From assembly GCA_963740085.1 (NCBI GenBank), contig CAVUCU010000005.1, positions 160,001 through 224,000 of the forward strand: 64,000 nt of DNA, read 5' to 3'. The position numbers and the translations under genes were made by a program. The notes under the pieces were generated by a model. That model saw only the letters and a list, made by a program, of their open reading frames with translations. It made no database searches and had not been told where the DNA came from. This document shows positions 1-13,461 of this stretch, one piece after another. Within the stretch, counting starts at the first letter, position 1. The number at the start of each line of letters is the position of its first letter. The DNA comes from Nitrospirota bacterium (GTDB lineage: Bacteria > Nitrospirota > UBA9217).

Positions 1-510
1 GATCGGGGTCTTGTCCCCGGGAAACTGGTATTTGGTCAGAAGCTCTCGGATCTCGAGCTCTACGAGCTCGATGAGCTCGGGGTCGTCCACCATGTCCACC
101 TTGTTCATGTAAACGACGATGTAGGGCACGCCGACCTGACGGGCGAGCAGGATGTGCTCACGGGTCTGGGGCATGGGGCCGTCGGCGGCGGAAACCACGA
201 GAATGGCGCCGTCCATCTGGGCCGCTCCGGTGATCATGTTCTTGATGTAGTCGGCGTGGCCGGGACAGTCAACATGGGCGTAGTGACGGTTGTCCGTCTG
301 GTATTCCACATGCGCCGTGGCGATCGTGATGCCGCGCTCCCGTTCTTCCGGGGCCTTGTCGATATTGTCGTAGGAAACAAAGGTCGCCATATTCTTGAAC
401 GACAATACCTTTGTGATGGCCGCTGTCAAGGTCGTCTTGCCGTGGTCCACGTGGCCGATGGTGCCCACGTTCACATGCGGTTTTGTCCTCTCAAATTTTG
501 CTTTTGCCAT
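1..510 (-). CDS. tuf: Elongation factor Tu (str-operon copy), 5' part; runs off window edge
   Basis: Reverse strand from ATG at 510 reads [35 protein letters not shown] upstream; follows fusA; near-identical to 16582-17091. Confidence 0.98.
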   Translation of the reverse strand, partial: MAKAKFERTKPHVNVGTIGHVDHGKTTLTAAITKVLSFKNMATFVSYDNIDKAPEERERGITIATAHVEYQTDNRHYAHVDCPGHADYIKNMITGAAQMDGAILVVSAADGPMPQTREHILLARQVGVPYIVVYMNKVDMVDDPELIELVELEIRELLTKYQFPGDKTPI

Positions 511-562
511 GCTGTCCGCCTCCTGATCGGGAAGTGAAAAATTATAAAACGAAAGGATGAAA

Positions 563-2656
563 TTACCTCGTCTTTACGGCCTCACCCTTTACCTTCGCAA
601 TGATCTGTTCTGAAATATTCTTAGGAACCTCTTCGTAGTGAGCGAACTGCATGGTATAGGTGGCCCTGCCCTGGGTCTTGGACCGGATATCGGTGGAATA
701 ACCGAACATCTCGGACAGCGGGACCTGCGCGGTGATAACCCTTCCGGCACCCCTCATGTTCATGCCCTGTACGCGGCCCCGTCGGGAGCTCAGATCACCG
801 ATGATATCGCCCATGTACTCCTCGGCACAGACGACCTCAACCGCCATGATCGGCTCGAGTAACGCCGGCGAAGCCTTGTTCGCCCCCTCTTTAAAGGCCA
901 TGGAACCGGCGATCTTAAAGGCCATTTCCGATGAGTCCACGTCATGATAGGACCCGTCGATGAGGGTGATCTTTATATCAACCATGGGATAGCCGGCGAT
1001 TACACCGTTCTCCATGGCCTCTACGATGCCCTTCTGTATCGGCATGACGTATTCCTTGGGAACCGATCCGCCGACCGTTTTATTCACAAACTCGAATCCC
1101 TTGCCCGGCTCCTGCGGTTCCAATTCGAGCACTGCATGCCCGTACTGACCCCGGCCGCCGGTCTGACGAATATATTTACCTTCAGCCGTTACTTTCTTGC
1201 GAATCGTTTCCCGATACGCTACCTGGGGTTTGCCGACGTTCGCATCGACTTTGAACTCGCGTAAAAGACGGTCAACAATGATTTCCAGATGAAGCTCTCC
1301 CATGCCGGAGATGATGACCTGCCCGGTCTCCTGGTCGGTCATCACGCGGAACGACGGGTCTTCCTGCATGAGCTTCTGGAGCGAGAAACCCAGCTTTTCC
1401 TGGTCCGCCTTGGTCTTGGGCTCAACAGCCACGTGGATAACCGGCTCGGGGAATACCATGGCTTCCAGAATAACGGGTTTATTTTCATCACAGAGCGTAT
1501 GACCCGTGAGCGTGCTCTTGAGTCCTACGGCAGCACAAATATCTCCGGAATAGATCTGCTCGATCTCTTCACGCTTGTTCGCGTGCATTTTCAGCAACCT
1601 GCCGACCCGCTCCCTTGTTCCCTTGGAAGAGTTGTACACATACGACCCGGATGTCAGTGTCCCGGAATAGACCCGGATGAACGTAAGCTGGCCCACAAAG
1701 GGGTCGGTCATGATCTTGAATGCAATGCCGGCAAAAGGCTCGCTGTCAGAAGCAGTGCGAACAACTTCCTCGCCCTTGGGGCCAATACCGGTTACCGGAG
1801 GGATGTCCAGCGGTGACGGGAGGTAGTCCACTACCGCATCGAGCAACAGCTGCACTCCCTTGTTCTTGAACGCCGACCCGCAAATGACCGGAAAGATGCT
1901 CATGGCAATCGTCCCCTTGCGAATCGCGATCATGATCTCTGATTCCGTCGGCTGTTCACCATTCAGGAATTTCTCCATCACGGTGTCGTCAGCGTCTGCG
2001 ATCTTCTCGATCATTTTCTCCCGGTACTCTTTTGCCTTGGACAGAAGATCTGCCGGGATGTCGGCAACAGTATACTTTGCGCCAAGCGTCTCATCGTCGA
2101 ACAGAACGGCCTTCATTTTGACCAGGTCGATACAACCGCGGAACTTGTCCTCTGCGCCGATCGGGATCTGAATCGGAACCGGGTTTGCACCGAGCCGGTC
2201 GATCATGCTCTGGACGCTCATGTAAAAGTCCGCGCCGATACGGTCCATCTTGTTCATGAACGCGAGGCGAGGGACTTTATACTTATCGGCCTGTCGCCAC
2301 ACCGTCTCGGACTGGGGTTCAACACCGCTCACCGAATCGAATGCCGCAACAGCGCCGTCAAGCACACGGAGGGAACGCTCGACTTCAATGGTAAAGTCCA
2401 CATGGCCGGGAGTGTCAATGATGTTGATGCGCTTGTCCCGCCAGAAGCACGTCGTCGCAGCCGAGGTAATGGTGATACCGCGCTCCTGCTCCTGCACCAT
2501 CCAGTCCATGACTGCAGTGCCGTCGTGCACTTCGCCGATCTTATAGGAAACGCCGGTATAATAAAGGATGCGCTCGGTCGTCGTCGTTTTACCGGCGTCG
2601 ATGTGCGCCATAATACCGATGTTCCTTGTATTTTCGAGTGAATACTGCCTAGCCAC
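563..2656 (-). CDS. fusA: Elongation factor G
   Basis: [33 protein letters not shown], 697 aa, str-operon position. Confidence 0.99.
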   Translation of the reverse strand: MARQYSLENTRNIGIMAHIDAGKTTTTERILYYTGVSYKIGEVHDGTAVMDWMVQEQERGITITSAATTCFWRDKRINIIDTPGHVDFTIEVERSLRVLDGAVAAFDSVSGVEPQSETVWRQADKYKVPRLAFMNKMDRIGADFYMSVQSMIDRLGANPVPIQIPIGAEDKFRGCIDLVKMKAVLFDDETLGAKYTVADIPADLLSKAKEYREKMIEKIADADDTVMEKFLNGEQPTESEIMIAIRKGTIAMSIFPVICGSAFKNKGVQLLLDAVVDYLPSPLDIPPVTGIGPKGEEVVRTASDSEPFAGIAFKIMTDPFVGQLTFIRVYSGTLTSGSYVYNSSKGTRERVGRLLKMHANKREEIEQIYSGDICAAVGLKSTLTGHTLCDENKPVILEAMVFPEPVIHVAVEPKTKADQEKLGFSLQKLMQEDPSFRVMTDQETGQVIISGMGELHLEIIVDRLLREFKVDANVGKPQVAYRETIRKKVTAEGKYIRQTGGRGQYGHAVLELEPQEPGKGFEFVNKTVGGSVPKEYVMPIQKGIVEAMENGVIAGYPMVDIKITLIDGSYHDVDSSEMAFKIAGSMAFKEGANKASPALLEPIMAVEVVCAEEYMGDIIGDLSSRRGRVQGMNMRGAGRVITAQVPLSEMFGYSTDIRSKTQGRATYTMQFAHYEEVPKNISEQIIAKVKGEAVKTR

Positions 2657-2688
2657 AACATCCTCCGCTTCTCAACAGAAACAAAACC

Positions 2689-3159
2689 TTACCAGCGATA
2701 ATGCGCAAATGCCTTATTTGCATCTGCCATACGGTGGATGTCTTCTTTCTTTTTTACCGCCGCACCGGTATTGTTCGATGCATCCAGAATCTCTCCGGCA
2801 AGCTTGTCCACCATGGATTTCTCGGGCCGCTGTGAAGCGTAGAGCCTGAGCCACCGGTATGCGAGCGACATCCTGCGCGGCTGCTTCACTTCGATCGGCA
2901 CCTGGTACGAGGCGCCGCCAACCCGTCGCGACTTCACCTCAAGCGTCGGTTTTAAATTGTCGATTGCCTTTTTAAATATAGCGATGGGATCGCCGTTTGT
3001 CTTTTGCTGAATCCTATCGAGTGCCTTGTAACAAATGGCCTCCGCAGTGCTCTTCTTGCCCTTGCGCATAAGCACGTTCACGAACTTCGCAAGCATCTGA
3101 CTGTGATATTTTGGATCGGGTAATGATTCTCTTTTTACAACGACACTTTTTCTCGGCAT
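2689..3159 (-). CDS. rpsG: 30S ribosomal protein S7
   Basis: [25 protein letters not shown]. Confidence 0.99.
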   Translation of the reverse strand: MPRKSVVVKRESLPDPKYHSQMLAKFVNVLMRKGKKSTAEAICYKALDRIQQKTNGDPIAIFKKAIDNLKPTLEVKSRRVGGASYQVPIEVKQPRRMSLAYRWLRLYASQRPEKSMVDKLAGEILDASNNTGAAVKKKEDIHRMADANKAFAHYRW

Positions 3160-3225
3160 AGTAGGGTGTTCCTTCTCCTGCGATGTGGCGCTCTTTCTGT
3201 GGCGCTCCAGTTAAGTCGTCAAATG

Positions 3226-3597
3226 CTATTTAGGCCGCTTCGCTCCATACTTAGACCGGCCCTGCTTACGATTTGCAACTCCCACGGTATCCAGCGTACC
3301 TCTCACGATGTGATAGCGCACACCGGGGAGATCCTTCACTCTTCCGCCGCGGATGAGCACGATGGAGTGCTCCTGCAGGTTGTGCCCAACTCCAGGAATG
3401 TAGGTGGTCACTTCCATTCCGTTCGTGAGCCTGACCCTCGCGACCTTCCGGAGAGCTGAGTTCGGTTTCTTCGGTGTCGTGGTATATACCCTGATGCAAA
3501 CTCCCCGCTTCTGAGGGCAGCTTTTAAGCGCGGGGCTCTTGGTCTTTATAGCAGCCAGGGTTCTGCCTTTTCTCACAAGTTGACTAATCGTCGGCAC
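3226..3597 (-). CDS. rpsL: 30S ribosomal protein S12
   Basis: GTG start at 3597 ([10 protein letters not shown]); [22 protein letters not shown]. Confidence 0.99.
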   Translation of the reverse strand: MPTISQLVRKGRTLAAIKTKSPALKSCPQKRGVCIRVYTTTPKKPNSALRKVARVRLTNGMEVTTYIPGVGHNLQEHSIVLIRGGRVKDLPGVRYHIVRGTLDTVGVANRKQGRSKYGAKRPK

Positions 3598-3662
3598 GAG
3601 AATTACTCCTTCATAATCACAGGGATAGCTTGTTTTTAAAAACATTGAGTCAAAACCCGATG

Positions 3663-3691
3663 ATTATACTGTCACATGAGCATATTGTCAA
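3663..3691 (-). promoter_or_regulatory. Sigma70-type promoter of the str operon
   Basis: Perfect TTGACA-17 nt-TATAAT on the minus strand upstream of rpsL. Confidence 0.85.
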
Positions 3692-3797
3692 GCTATTTTT
3701 TAGCGGGTGCATGTCGCGTTTATCCTCAGGTTCGACAACGATGAACAATGCCGTCTTCCCTGTCAACGCCATTCACTTCCCCGCTAAATATTTTACC

Positions 3798-6700
3798 TCA
3801 GCTTTGCTCTGTCGGCTGGGAAACCTCTTCCTCCACAACAACATAAGTGTTCCGATATTCTGTCATGCCGGTTCCCGCCGGGATCAGTCTTCCCATAATC
3901 ACGTTTTCCTTCAGACCGACAAGATCGTCCACGGCTCCTGTTATCGCCGCTTCCGTCAGCACGCGTGTGGTTTCCTGGAACGATGCAGCAGAAATAAAGC
4001 TGTCGGTGGTGAGTGATGCCTTGGTAATGCCGAGGAGGATCGGGCGCGCTGTAGCAGGCACGCCGCCCTTGGCGATTACGGCCTCGTTTTCCCGGGAAAA
4101 GGTAAATCGATCCACCTGCTCCCCGATAAGGAATGGGGCGTCTCCCGCTTCCTCGATCCTGACCTTGCGCAACATCTGACGAACGATGACCTCAATGTGC
4201 TTGTCGTTGATGCTTACACCCTGGAGACGGTACACCTGCTGCACTTCGTCCACGAGGTACTTCTGGAGTTCTCTCGGACCGAGTACGCTCAGGATATCGT
4301 GGGGATCCACCGGGCCGTCCATCAGAGGCTCGCCGGCCGTGACCCAGTCTCCCTCGTGCACGTTGACGTGTTTACCTTTGGGAATCAGGTATTCCTTCTC
4401 ATTCCCCATCCCGTCCTTGACGAGGATGCGGCGCATACCCTTTACGAAGCCGCCGAACTCAACGGTGCCGTCGATCTCGCTGATAATGGCCTGCTCCTTG
4501 GGCTTCCGCGCCTCGAACAGTTCCGCCACACGCGGGAGACCGCCGGTGATGTCCTTGGTCTTGGTCGTCTCACGGGGAATCTTGACCAGGATATCTCCCG
4601 GGAAAATCTCCGCGTTCTTGTCGACCAGGATATGCGCTCCCGCAGGCAGCAAGTAACGCGCCACAACATTGGAGCCCGGCAATTTTGCCGTCTTGCCATG
4701 CGAGTCCTTTATGGAAATACGCGGTCTCAGGTTCTGGTTCGGGTAGTCAATGATCACTTTGCGCGAAAGGCCGGTAATCTCGTCAACCTCTTCGCGCATG
4801 GTCACGCCTTCGATGATATCGCCGAAGGCGATCTTGCCGCCGATCTCCGTAAGAATGGGCAGTGAGTAGGGGTCCCACTCCACGAGTTTCTGGGCTACTT
4901 CAACTTTATGGCCATCCTGGACCTTGATCCGGGCGCCGTAGATTACCGCGTACTTCTCCTTCTCGCGGCCTGTCTCGTCGTAGATGGCAATGCTGCCGTT
5001 CCGGGACATGGCCACATAATCGCCTTCTTTGTTTTTTACCGTGCTCAAGTTGAGGTATTTCATGGTGCCGGCGTTCTTCGCCTCGAGCACGGTCTGCTCG
5101 ACAACCTTGCTCGCCGTACCGCCGATATGGAACGTCCGCATGGTGAGCTGCGTTCCCGGCTCGCCGATGGACTGGGCGGCAACAATGCCGATGGCCTCGC
5201 CGATGTCCACGAGCTTGCCGCGACTGAGATCCCGTCCGTAGCACAGCTTGCACACACCGCGCAGGGACTGACAGGTGAGCACCGAGCGGATCTTGACACG
5301 GTCGATACCGGACTCGTCGATTCGCTTTACAAGGTCTTCGTTGATCTCTCTTCGGGTGCCGACGATCACCTCTTTCGTGATCGGGTCTTTGATGTCTTCA
5401 GCGGCAACGCGCCCCAGCAGGCGTTCTGACAAGGGTTCGATGATCTCTCCGCCCTCGACGAGGGACCCGACGAGAATGCCGTCGGTCGTACCGCAGTCAT
5501 CCTGGGTGATGATCACGTCCTGCGAAACATCAACGAGTCTGCGCGTGAGGTATCCGGAGTTTGCCGTCTTGAGCGCGGTATCGGCAAGACCTTTGCGTGC
5601 GCCATGCGTCGAGATGAAGTACTGGAGCACGGTCAACCCTTCGCGGAAATTCGCGGTGATCGGTGTTTCAATGATCTCGCCCGACGGCTTGGCCATGAGT
5701 CCGCGCATACCCGCAAGCTGCCTGATCTGCTGCGTGCTGCCGCGCGCTCCGGAGTCTGCCATCATGAAAATGTTGTTGAACGACCGTGCCTCCTGAAGCT
5801 CCGACTTCTTGGCGGTCCCGATCTCGACCGCTTCCATACCGAGTTCCGCCATCATCTCGTCGGCGATCTTCTCGGTCACATTCGCCCAGATATCGATTTC
5901 CTTGTTGTAGCGTTCACCGTTCGTGATCAGTCCTTCGGTATACTGGTGATGGATCTCCATCACTTCTTTTTGCGCCTGGTCGATGAACTTTTGTTTCTTG
6001 CTCGGAATGTGCATATCGGAAATGCAGATGGAGATGCCGGCCCGCGTGGCATATTTGAATCCGATCTCTTTGAGGTCATCGATCAGGACTACCGTGCGGC
6101 GCAGCCCGAGCTTGCGGAAACACTCGTCGATCAACTTCGCAAGTTCTTTTTTGTTCATATCCCGGTTCACGGAAGAAAAGGGCATGCCTTCCGGCAGGAT
6201 ATCGCTGAACAGGACCCTGCCTATCGTTGTCTCTTCGATCTTGCCGTTGATGCGCACCCTGACCCGTGCGTGAATGTCAGCCATGCGCTGGTCATAGGCG
6301 ATCCGGACCTCATCCCTGCCGGAGAACACCTTCCCCTCGCCGAGGGCGCCGGAACGGGACTTGGTCAGGTAGTAGCAGCCAAGCACAATGTCCTGCGACG
6401 GGACCGTGATAGGCCTGCCGTTCGCTGGCGAGAGTACGTTATTGATAGAGAGCATGAGCACCCGCGCCTCCAGCTGTGCCTCGACCGAGAGCGGGATGTG
6501 AACTGCCATCTGATCACCGTCGAAGTCCGCGTTAAAAGCGGCGCACACAAGCGGGTGAAGGCGGATCGCCTTGCCCTCGACGAGCACGGGGTCGAATGCC
6601 TGGATACCGAGCCGATGGAGCGTCGGGGCGCGGTTTAGCATAACGGGGTGCTCCTGGATCACCTCTTCGAGCACATCCCATACCTCGGGCCGCTCGCGTT

Positions 6701-7937
6701 CGATCATTTTCTTGGCGCTCTTGATGGTAGTAGCATAGCCCTTTTCCTCGAGCTTGTTGAAAATAAAAGGCTTAAACAGCTCAAGCGCCATTTTCTTCGG
6801 CAAACCGCACTGGTGCAGCTTGAGGTCCGGTCCGACAACGATCACGGAACGCCCGGAGTAATCCACGCGCTTCCCAAGCAGGTTCTGCCGGAACCGGCCC
6901 TGTTTGCCCTTCAGCATGTCAGAGAGGGATTTGAGCGGACGCTTGTTCGGTCCGCGAAGTATCCGCCCGCGCCTGCCGTTGTCAAAGAGCGCATCAACCG
7001 CTTCCTGCAGCATCCGTTTCTCATTCCGGATAATGACTGATGGGGCCTTAAGTTCCTCAAGCCGGCGCAGCCGGTTGTTCCGGTTAATGACCCTGCGGTA
7101 GAGATCGTTCAGATCCGAGGTGGCAAACCTGCCGCCCTCGAGGGGCACAAGAGGGCGCAATTCCGGCGGTATCACGGGAATTACATCGAGAATCATCCAC
7201 TCCGGTTTGTTGCCCGACTTCCGGAACGCCTCGATCACTTTCAGCCGTTTCGTCAGTTTCTTTTTGGTGGCCATGGAGGTGGCCGTCTCAATCTTCTTGC
7301 GGATATCTTCGGATTCCGCCTCAAGATCGATCGCCTTGAGCATCTCCCGGATCGCTTCGGCGCCCATGCCCGCTTTAAAAGCATTAGAACCAAACTCCAG
7401 TTGTGCCTTTCGGAATTTTTCCTCCGTCAAGAGCTCTTTGTGCTTGAGCGGCGTTTCACCGCCGTCGATGACCACGTATCCTTCGAAATAGAGAACCTTC
7501 TCAAGTGCACGGAGCGTCATGTCGAGAAGCGTGCCGATGCGGCTCGGAAGGCCCTTGAGGAACCAGATATGTGCAACCGGCGACGAGAGTTCGATGTGAC
7601 CCATGCGCTCGCGCCGCACCTTGGACTGGATCACCTCGACGCCGCACTTGTCGCAGACGATTCCGCGATGCTTCATGCGTTTATATTTGCCGCAGAGACA
7701 CTCCCAGTCCTTGATGGGGCCGAATATCTTGGCGCAGAACAGGCCGTCCCGCTCCGGCTTGAAAGAACGGTAGTTGATCGTCTCGGGCTTTTTTACCTCG
7801 CCGTAGGACCATTCCTTGATCCGCTCAGGCGAGGCGATCTTGATCCGCATGGCATCAAAACTGATGTCTTTCGGCTTCTCGAACAGGTTCATGACATCGG
7901 TTCTGTTTTTATTGTCGTACAGGTGTTTGTCTTCCAC
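3798..7937 (-). CDS. rpoC: RNA polymerase beta' subunit
   Basis: [12 protein letters not shown] catalytic motif, N-terminal Zn-finger cysteines, 1379 aa. Confidence 0.99.
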   Translation of the reverse strand: MEDKHLYDNKNRTDVMNLFEKPKDISFDAMRIKIASPERIKEWSYGEVKKPETINYRSFKPERDGLFCAKIFGPIKDWECLCGKYKRMKHRGIVCDKCGVEVIQSKVRRERMGHIELSSPVAHIWFLKGLPSRIGTLLDMTLRALEKVLYFEGYVVIDGGETPLKHKELLTEEKFRKAQLEFGSNAFKAGMGAEAIREMLKAIDLEAESEDIRKKIETATSMATKKKLTKRLKVIEAFRKSGNKPEWMILDVIPVIPPELRPLVPLEGGRFATSDLNDLYRRVINRNNRLRRLEELKAPSVIIRNEKRMLQEAVDALFDNGRRGRILRGPNKRPLKSLSDMLKGKQGRFRQNLLGKRVDYSGRSVIVVGPDLKLHQCGLPKKMALELFKPFIFNKLEEKGYATTIKSAKKMIERERPEVWDVLEEVIQEHPVMLNRAPTLHRLGIQAFDPVLVEGKAIRLHPLVCAAFNADFDGDQMAVHIPLSVEAQLEARVLMLSINNVLSPANGRPITVPSQDIVLGCYYLTKSRSGALGEGKVFSGRDEVRIAYDQRMADIHARVRVRINGKIEETTIGRVLFSDILPEGMPFSSVNRDMNKKELAKLIDECFRKLGLRRTVVLIDDLKEIGFKYATRAGISICISDMHIPSKKQKFIDQAQKEVMEIHHQYTEGLITNGERYNKEIDIWANVTEKIADEMMAELGMEAVEIGTAKKSELQEARSFNNIFMMADSGARGSTQQIRQLAGMRGLMAKPSGEIIETPITANFREGLTVLQYFISTHGARKGLADTALKTANSGYLTRRLVDVSQDVIITQDDCGTTDGILVGSLVEGGEIIEPLSERLLGRVAAEDIKDPITKEVIVGTRREINEDLVKRIDESGIDRVKIRSVLTCQSLRGVCKLCYGRDLSRGKLVDIGEAIGIVAAQSIGEPGTQLTMRTFHIGGTASKVVEQTVLEAKNAGTMKYLNLSTVKNKEGDYVAMSRNGSIAIYDETGREKEKYAVIYGARIKVQDGHKVEVAQKLVEWDPYSLPILTEIGGKIAFGDIIEGVTMREEVDEITGLSRKVIIDYPNQNLRPRISIKDSHGKTAKLPGSNVVARYLLPAGAHILVDKNAEIFPGDILVKIPRETTKTKDITGGLPRVAELFEARKPKEQAIISEIDGTVEFGGFVKGMRRILVKDGMGNEKEYLIPKGKHVNVHEGDWVTAGEPLMDGPVDPHDILSVLGPRELQKYLVDEVQQVYRLQGVSINDKHIEVIVRQMLRKVRIEEAGDAPFLIGEQVDRFTFSRENEAVIAKGGVPATARPILLGITKASLTTDSFISAASFQETTRVLTEAAITGAVDDLVGLKENVIMGRLIPAGTGMTEYRNTYVVVEEEVSQPTEQS

Positions 7938-7970
7938 AGTGAACCTCCGTGTGCAAAAGCAATTCCAATT

Positions 7971-7998
7971 CGTCTGATCCGTCTGATCCGACCGATCC
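7971..7998. repeat. 9-mer tandem repeat in the rpoB-rpoC spacer
   Basis: GTCTGATCC GTCTGATCC GACCGATCC. Confidence 0.7.
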
Positions 7999-8010
7999 TT
8001 TGTTTCCTCT

Positions 8011-11000
8011 TTATCTCGCTGATGAAATCTTCTCGAGCCCGATCACCCGTTCCCGTTCGTTCTTGCGTTCGATGAGCTCGACATCCAGGCAAAGGCTCTG
8101 GAGTTCCTTGATAAGCACGTAGAACGATTCCGGCAGGCCGGGCTCGAGTGTGTTCTCACCCTTCACGATCGCCTCGTAGATCTTGGCCCGTCCGGACACA
8201 TCGTCTGACTTGACCGTAAGGAACTCCTGGAGACAGTAGGCCGCGCCGTAGGCCTGGAGCGCCCAGACTTCCATTTCACCGAGGCGCTGGCCGCCGAACT
8301 GGGCCTTGCCGCCAAGGGGTTGCTGCGTCACGAGCGAATAGGGCCCGATGGAACGTGCATGCAGTTTGTCGTCAACAAGGTGGTGCAGCTTCAGCATGTA
8401 CATGTAACCGACGGTAACCGGTCTGTCGAAAGGCTCTCCTGTTCGGCCGTCGTACAGAATGGACTGGCCCGTCACCGGGAGCTTGGCCTCTTTCAGGAGT
8501 GAGCGTACCCGGTCCTCTGACGCGCCGTCGAACACCGGGGTCGCCACATGCAGACCGAGCGCCTTCGCGGCCCAGCCGAGATGCGTCTCCAGGATCTGTC
8601 CCACGTTCATACGGGAAGGCACTCCGAGCGGGTTCAATACGATCTCGACAGGGGTGCCGTCGGGAAGGCAGGGCATATCTTCTTCGGGCACGATCCGCGA
8701 GACCACGCCCTTGTTCCCGTGCCGGCCGGCCATTTTATCGCCGACGGAAAGCTTGCGCTTCATGGCAACGTACACCTTCACCAGTTTCACCACTCCGGGC
8801 GGCAGATCGTCGCCGCGCTTCAGCCTGCCGATTTTTTCATCATAGATCGTTTCAAGAATATTCACCTGGTTTTCAGAGTTGTCCAGGATCTCCTGCAGCT
8901 TTGCCGGATAGTCTTCCGACTCAACCTTGATCTTGGCAAAATCCTTCTCCGGCAGCTTGTCGAGGATCTCCACAGTGATCTTTTTCCCCTTGGCCAGTTC
9001 GGTCTTGCCGGTCTTGGAATTCACCACTTTATCGGCAGCCGTCTTGCCGGCCAGTATCCGGCGAATGCGTTTATACCTGTCCTCTTTGACCGCGCGCAGT
9101 TCATCCTGATATTCCTTCTGGAGCCGTGCGATCTCTTCGCTTTCCTGGGTCTTGAGGCGTTCGTTCTTGTCCTCGCCCTTGCGTGAAAAGACCTTGACGT
9201 CGATCACCGTTCCTTCGATTCCGGGAGACGCGTACAGGGAGGCGTCCCGCACGTCGCCGGCCTTTTCGCCGAAGATCGCGCGGAGAAGTTTCTCTTCGGG
9301 CGTGAGCTGAGTCTCGCCCTTGGGGGTCACCTTGCCGATCAGGATGTCGCCCGGCATGACCTCGGCGCCAATGCGGATGATGCCGTTCTCGTCAAGATTC
9401 CTGAGCGTCTCCTCGCCGAGGTTCGGGATATCACGCGTGATCTCTTCCTTACCGAGCTTGGTGTCCCGGGCCTCGATCTCGAACTCTTCGATATGGATGG
9501 AAGTATAACGGTCTTCCTTTACGATTTTCTCGCTGATGATGATGGCGTCCTCGTAGTTGTATCCGCTCCACGGCATGAACGCCACGAGCACGTTCTGGCC
9601 GAGCGCAAGCTCACCAAGATCGGTGGCTGGACCGTCGGCGATCACCTGTCCCTTCTTCGCCTTATCTCCCACGCGTACGATGGGCTTCTGGTTCATGCAG
9701 GTATTCTGGTTGGAGCGATAGAACTTGGTCAACGGGTAGGTGTCGATGACCGTCCGTCCTTTTGCGTCCTCACCCTTGATCGTGATGCGGGTGGAATCCA
9801 CGGCCTCCACGATGCCGTCTCGTTTAGCTGAAACGATCGCACCGGAATCCCTGGCCGCGACCCGTTCCATGCCCGTACCGACTACCGGCGCCTGCGGCCG
9901 GAGAAGCGGCACTGCCTGGCGCTGCATGTTCGATCCCATGAGTGCGCGGTTCGCGTCGTCGTTCTCGAGGAAGGGAATGAGCGCGGCCGAGACCGAAACG
10001 ATCTGTTTTGGCGACACGTCCATATACTCCACTTCCTCTGCGCTCACCAGCTTAAACTCGCCGCCCACGCGGGCGGACACGCTTTCCACGGTGAACTTGC
10101 CTCGGCTGTCAAACGGAGTGTTGGCCTGGGCGATCACGTAGTTCTCTCCGTCCACGGCTGAAAGATACTCGATCTCATCCATCACCTTTCCGGCCTTGAC
10201 CTCCCGATACGGCGCTTCAATGAAACCATAATCATTGACCCGCGCATAGGTGGCCAGGGAAACGATGAGACCGATGTTCGGACCTTCCGGCGTCTCGATC
10301 GGGCAGATCCTGCCATAGTGTGTCGTGTGTACGTCGCGCACTTCGAATCCGGCGCGCTCACGCGTGAGTCCGCCGGGCCCGAGGGCGGAGAGCCTGCGCT
10401 TATGCGTGATCTCCGCCAGCGGGTTGGTCTGGTCCATGAACTGCGAAAGCTGGCTGGAGCCGAAAAATTCCTTGATGGCCGCGATCACCGGTTTGGGGTT
10501 GATGATGTCGTGCGGCATGAGCGTATCGATGTCCTGAAGGCTCATGCGCTCCTTGATGGCGCGCTCCATGCGGGCGAGACCGACCCGGATCTGGTTCTCG
10601 AGGAGTTCGCCCACGGACCGTACCCGGCGGTTGCCAAGATGGTCGATATCGTCCACCTCTCCTTTGCCGGTACGGAGATTCACGAGATAGCGGATCACTT
10701 CAACAACGTCCTGCGCCGTCAGGGTGGTCTTGTCGATCGGAATATCGAGTTTGAGCTTCTTGTTGAGCTTGAGCCTCCCTACATTCGAGAGGTCGTAGCG
10801 CTTGGAATTAAAGAACATGCCGGAGAAGAGGTTCCGTGCCATGTCTATCGTCGGCGGTTCTCCCGGCCGCATTTTCCGGTAGATCTCCAGAAGCGCTTCG
10901 TCCGACGACTGCACCTTGTCGGCGAGAAGCGTGTCCCGCATTGCCCCGATCACATGGATGCCGTCCATGTAGAGCACTTCCATCTTTTCCACCTTCGTGG

Positions 11001-12003
11001 CGGTAATCCGGGCCAGGAACGCCTCGGTGATCTTGTCATTCGCGTTGAGGAGCACCTCTCCCGTCTCCGGATCGATAACATCGCGGAGCACGATACGGTC
11101 GATGAGCTCTTCACGCGGGATCGGGATCTCGGTGATACCCGCGGCTTCCATCTTCTTGATTGCAACACGGGTGATCTTGGCGCCTTCCTTCACGATCTGT
11201 TCGCGGGTGTTCTTATCGTTAATCGTGATGGGGGCCTTCATACCGACCAGCGCGTCCGCGAGGATCCCGCGCGTGAAGCTTTCTTTCTTGATCCTGATAT
11301 CCTCGATAGGATAGTACATCCGGAGCAGGTCTTCGTTGGAATAACCGAATGCCTTGAGCAGGATGGTGGCGGGAATTTTCCTGCGCCGGTCGATCCTCAC
11401 GTGCACGATGTCTTTGATGTCAAATTCGAAATCGAGCCACGAACCGCGGTACGGAATGATCCGGGCAGAGTACAGGATCTTGCCGCTCGCATGGGTCCTT
11501 CCCTTGTCGTGGGTGAAGAATGCGCCCGGTGAACGGTGAAGCTGGCTCACCACGACGCGCTCGGTCCCGTTCACAATGAACGTACCGGTGTCCGTCATGA
11601 GCGGGAGATCCCCGACATATACTTCCTGCTCCTTGATGTCCTTCACCCGCTTGGTCGCAGTCTGCTCGTCCTTCTCGAAGAATACGAGTCGCGTTTTGAT
11701 TTTGAGCGGCGCGGCGTACGTCGAGCCGCGCTGCAGGCACTCCCAGAGGCTGTACTTCGGTTCACCCAGCGAGTAGCCAAGATAGTCCACCATCGCGGTC
11801 TCGTTGAAATCATAGATGGGATAAACGCTCTTGAACGCGGCCTGGAGTCCGATGTCCTTTCGCTTCTCCGAAGCTGTCTCTTTCTGAAGAAAGGACTCAT
11901 AGGACCGCTTTTGGATCTCAATCAGATCGGGGATCTCCAGGATCGTGGGGATCTTGGAAAAATCCTTACGCACGCGGACAAGCTCTCTTTTTTCCTTTGA
12001 CAT
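8011..12003 (-). CDS. rpoB: RNA polymerase beta subunit
   Basis: ATG at 12003 ([15 protein letters not shown]); [16 protein letters not shown] region [10 protein letters not shown]. Confidence 0.99.
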   Translation of the reverse strand: MSKEKRELVRVRKDFSKIPTILEIPDLIEIQKRSYESFLQKETASEKRKDIGLQAAFKSVYPIYDFNETAMVDYLGYSLGEPKYSLWECLQRGSTYAAPLKIKTRLVFFEKDEQTATKRVKDIKEQEVYVGDLPLMTDTGTFIVNGTERVVVSQLHRSPGAFFTHDKGRTHASGKILYSARIIPYRGSWLDFEFDIKDIVHVRIDRRRKIPATILLKAFGYSNEDLLRMYYPIEDIRIKKESFTRGILADALVGMKAPITINDKNTREQIVKEGAKITRVAIKKMEAAGITEIPIPREELIDRIVLRDVIDPETGEVLLNANDKITEAFLARITATKVEKMEVLYMDGIHVIGAMRDTLLADKVQSSDEALLEIYRKMRPGEPPTIDMARNLFSGMFFNSKRYDLSNVGRLKLNKKLKLDIPIDKTTLTAQDVVEVIRYLVNLRTGKGEVDDIDHLGNRRVRSVGELLENQIRVGLARMERAIKERMSLQDIDTLMPHDIINPKPVIAAIKEFFGSSQLSQFMDQTNPLAEITHKRRLSALGPGGLTRERAGFEVRDVHTTHYGRICPIETPEGPNIGLIVSLATYARVNDYGFIEAPYREVKAGKVMDEIEYLSAVDGENYVIAQANTPFDSRGKFTVESVSARVGGEFKLVSAEEVEYMDVSPKQIVSVSAALIPFLENDDANRALMGSNMQRQAVPLLRPQAPVVGTGMERVAARDSGAIVSAKRDGIVEAVDSTRITIKGEDAKGRTVIDTYPLTKFYRSNQNTCMNQKPIVRVGDKAKKGQVIADGPATDLGELALGQNVLVAFMPWSGYNYEDAIIISEKIVKEDRYTSIHIEEFEIEARDTKLGKEEITRDIPNLGEETLRNLDENGIIRIGAEVMPGDILIGKVTPKGETQLTPEEKLLRAIFGEKAGDVRDASLYASPGIEGTVIDVKVFSRKGEDKNERLKTQESEEIARLQKEYQDELRAVKEDRYKRIRRILAGKTAADKVVNSKTGKTELAKGKKITVEILDKLPEKDFAKIKVESEDYPAKLQEILDNSENQVNILETIYDEKIGRLKRGDDLPPGVVKLVKVYVAMKRKLSVGDKMAGRHGNKGVVSRIVPEEDMPCLPDGTPVEIVLNPLGVPSRMNVGQILETHLGWAAKALGLHVATPVFDGASEDRVRSLLKEAKLPVTGQSILYDGRTGEPFDRPVTVGYMYMLKLHHLVDDKLHARSIGPYSLVTQQPLGGKAQFGGQRLGEMEVWALQAYGAAYCLQEFLTVKSDDVSGRAKIYEAIVKGENTLEPGLPESFYVLIKELQSLCLDVELIERKNERERVIGLEKISSAR

Positions 12004-12027
12004 TATCACACCCCTCATGCAGCATTT

Positions 12028-12110
12028 AAAATGCAAAATGGAAAATGTACCCGGTGAAAAATGCAGAGGCTGATCCCGCTCCTGCCATTTTCCTCTTTGC
12101 ACTTGTCTTT
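12028..12110. repeat. AAAATGN heptamer repeats with a degenerate inverted arm (rplL-rpoB spacer)
   Basis: AAAATGC AAAATGG AAAATGT ... AAAATGC, then CCATTTT CCTCTTT GCACTTG. Confidence 0.6.
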
Positions 12111-12162
12111 AATGTATCATGAATGAATCTTATCCGGCTCCGCAAGCCCTATCCATAAACGC

Positions 12163-12207
12163 AAAAAGTCCTTTGCCCTCCGGACCAATGCCGGAGGGCA
12201 AGGACTT
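12163..12207 (-). terminator. Intrinsic terminator/attenuator after rplL
   Basis: GTCCTTGCCCTCCGG-loop-CCGGAGGGCAAAGGAC followed by a T-run on the minus strand. Confidence 0.8.
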
Positions 12208-12230
12208 GTCAAATGAAGCTTGTTTGTGTC

Positions 12231-12602
12231 TTACTTTACCTCGACGGTCGCGCCTGCTTCGGTCAGTTTCTTCTTCATGGTTTCCGCCTCTTCCTTGGCG
12301 ACACCGGTCTTCACCGGCTTTGGGGCGCCTTCAACCAGGTCCTTTGCTTCCTTGAGGCCGAGACCGGTGAGCTCACGCACTACCTTGATCACGTTGATCT
12401 TCTGAGCGCCTACGGCGGCCAGGATCACGTCGAATGCTGTCTTTTCTTCGACCGCTGCCGCGGCAGGCGCGCCTGCTGCCGCCATTGCCACGGGTGCTGC
12501 TGCTGATACACCCCACTTCTCTTCGAGCATCTTGCTTAATTCCGCCGCTTCAAGAACGGTCAGGCCGCTCAATTCATCAACCATCTTCGCTAAATCCGCC
12601 AT
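12231..12602 (-). CDS. rplL: 50S ribosomal protein L7/L12
   Basis: [35 protein letters not shown]. Confidence 0.99.
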   Translation of the reverse strand: MADLAKMVDELSGLTVLEAAELSKMLEEKWGVSAAAPVAMAAAGAPAAAAVEEKTAFDVILAAVGAQKINVIKVVRELTGLGLKEAKDLVEGAPKPVKTGVAKEEAETMKKKLTEAGATVEVK

Positions 12603-12640
12603 GTTTCTTTCCTCCTGATAGATTATGATATTCTGTGGAA

Positions 12641-12667
12641 TCTGACAGATCTGTCCGATCCGTCCGA
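12641..12667. repeat. 9-mer tandem repeat in the rplJ-rplL spacer
   Basis: TCTGACAGA TCTGTCCGA TCCGTCCGA; same family as 7971-7998. Confidence 0.65.
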
Positions 12668-12679
12668 CTTATTAACCTC

Positions 12680-13192
12680 TTAACCCTTGTCCGCCTTTGC
12701 CTTCATGACCCTGGCGAGCTGACCAGCCGGGGCCGCGAGCACACCGACCATCCTCGAAGCAGGCGCCTGGAGAAGACCCACGATCTTCCCGCGGAGCGCG
12801 TCGAGCGATGGCAGGGTTGCCAGCGCCTTGATGTCCGCCTGCTTGAGCAGCTTACCGTCCAGCACGCCCACCTTGAGCGCAAGCTTTGCCTGAACCTTGT
12901 TGAACTCGAAAAGCACCTTGGCCGGCGCAACCACATCATCAAATCCGAGTGCAATGCCCACCGGACCGACAAAGGAGTCTTTGAGCAGTTCGAGGCTGGT
13001 GCCTTCCACCGCTTTCCTTGCCAGCGTGTTTTTTACGACCCGGTACTCAACCTTGGACTTGCGCAGCTTCGCACGAAGGTCCGTGATCTGCTCCACATTT
13101 ATCCCGGTGTACCCTGTGATGATAGCGGTCTTGGCGCGGGCGAACTTTTCATGCAACTCGTCTATTGCCTGCTTTTTTTCCTGCTTATTCAC
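12680..13192 (-). CDS. rplJ: 50S ribosomal protein L10
   Basis: VVKNTLARKA, LATLPS; lies between rplA and rplL. Confidence 0.97.
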   Translation of the reverse strand: MNKQEKKQAIDELHEKFARAKTAIITGYTGINVEQITDLRAKLRKSKVEYRVVKNTLARKAVEGTSLELLKDSFVGPVGIALGFDDVVAPAKVLFEFNKVQAKLALKVGVLDGKLLKQADIKALATLPSLDALRGKIVGLLQAPASRMVGVLAAPAGQLARVMKAKADKG

Positions 13193-13278
13193 ACGATCCT
13201 CCTTTCTTTCAAGAATTCCCGACGACTATCCCAGGAATCTCAAAAGAAAGTGTTGGAATCCAGCACATTCTTTTTTTA

Positions 13279-13365
13279 CCCGGGTCTCGGCAGGCCCCTT
13301 ACGGACTTAAGCCAAAAGAGATATGGATCGAATCCCCTTCGGTACCTGCTGTCTCGGACCGCACC
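13279..13365 (-). promoter_or_regulatory. L10 leader (autoregulatory RNA)
   Basis: Minus strand CCGAGACAGCAGG...CTTAA...CCTGCCGAGAC resembles the L10-leader core; upstream of rplJ. Confidence 0.75.
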
Positions 13366-13396
13366 CTGTTTTTCAGGGCCGACCTTTTATTTTTGA

Positions 13397-13453
13397 AAAT
13401 TCTAAATCAGAAATCCTGCACGTTTAGTGCTTCGTGCTGAGAATTTCGGATTT
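13397..13453. repeat. Inverted heptamer arrays (rplA-rplJ spacer)
   Basis: AAATTCT AAATCAG AAATCCT ... TTTAGTG CTTCGTG CTGAGAA TTTCGGA TTT. Confidence 0.7.
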
Positions 13454-13461
13454 GTCATTCA

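Noticed and set aside
10400-10460. Ala at the position of E. coli RpoB S522 ([11 protein letters not shown])
   Set aside because: A natural variant in many rifampicin-sensitive bacteria; not evidence of resistance.
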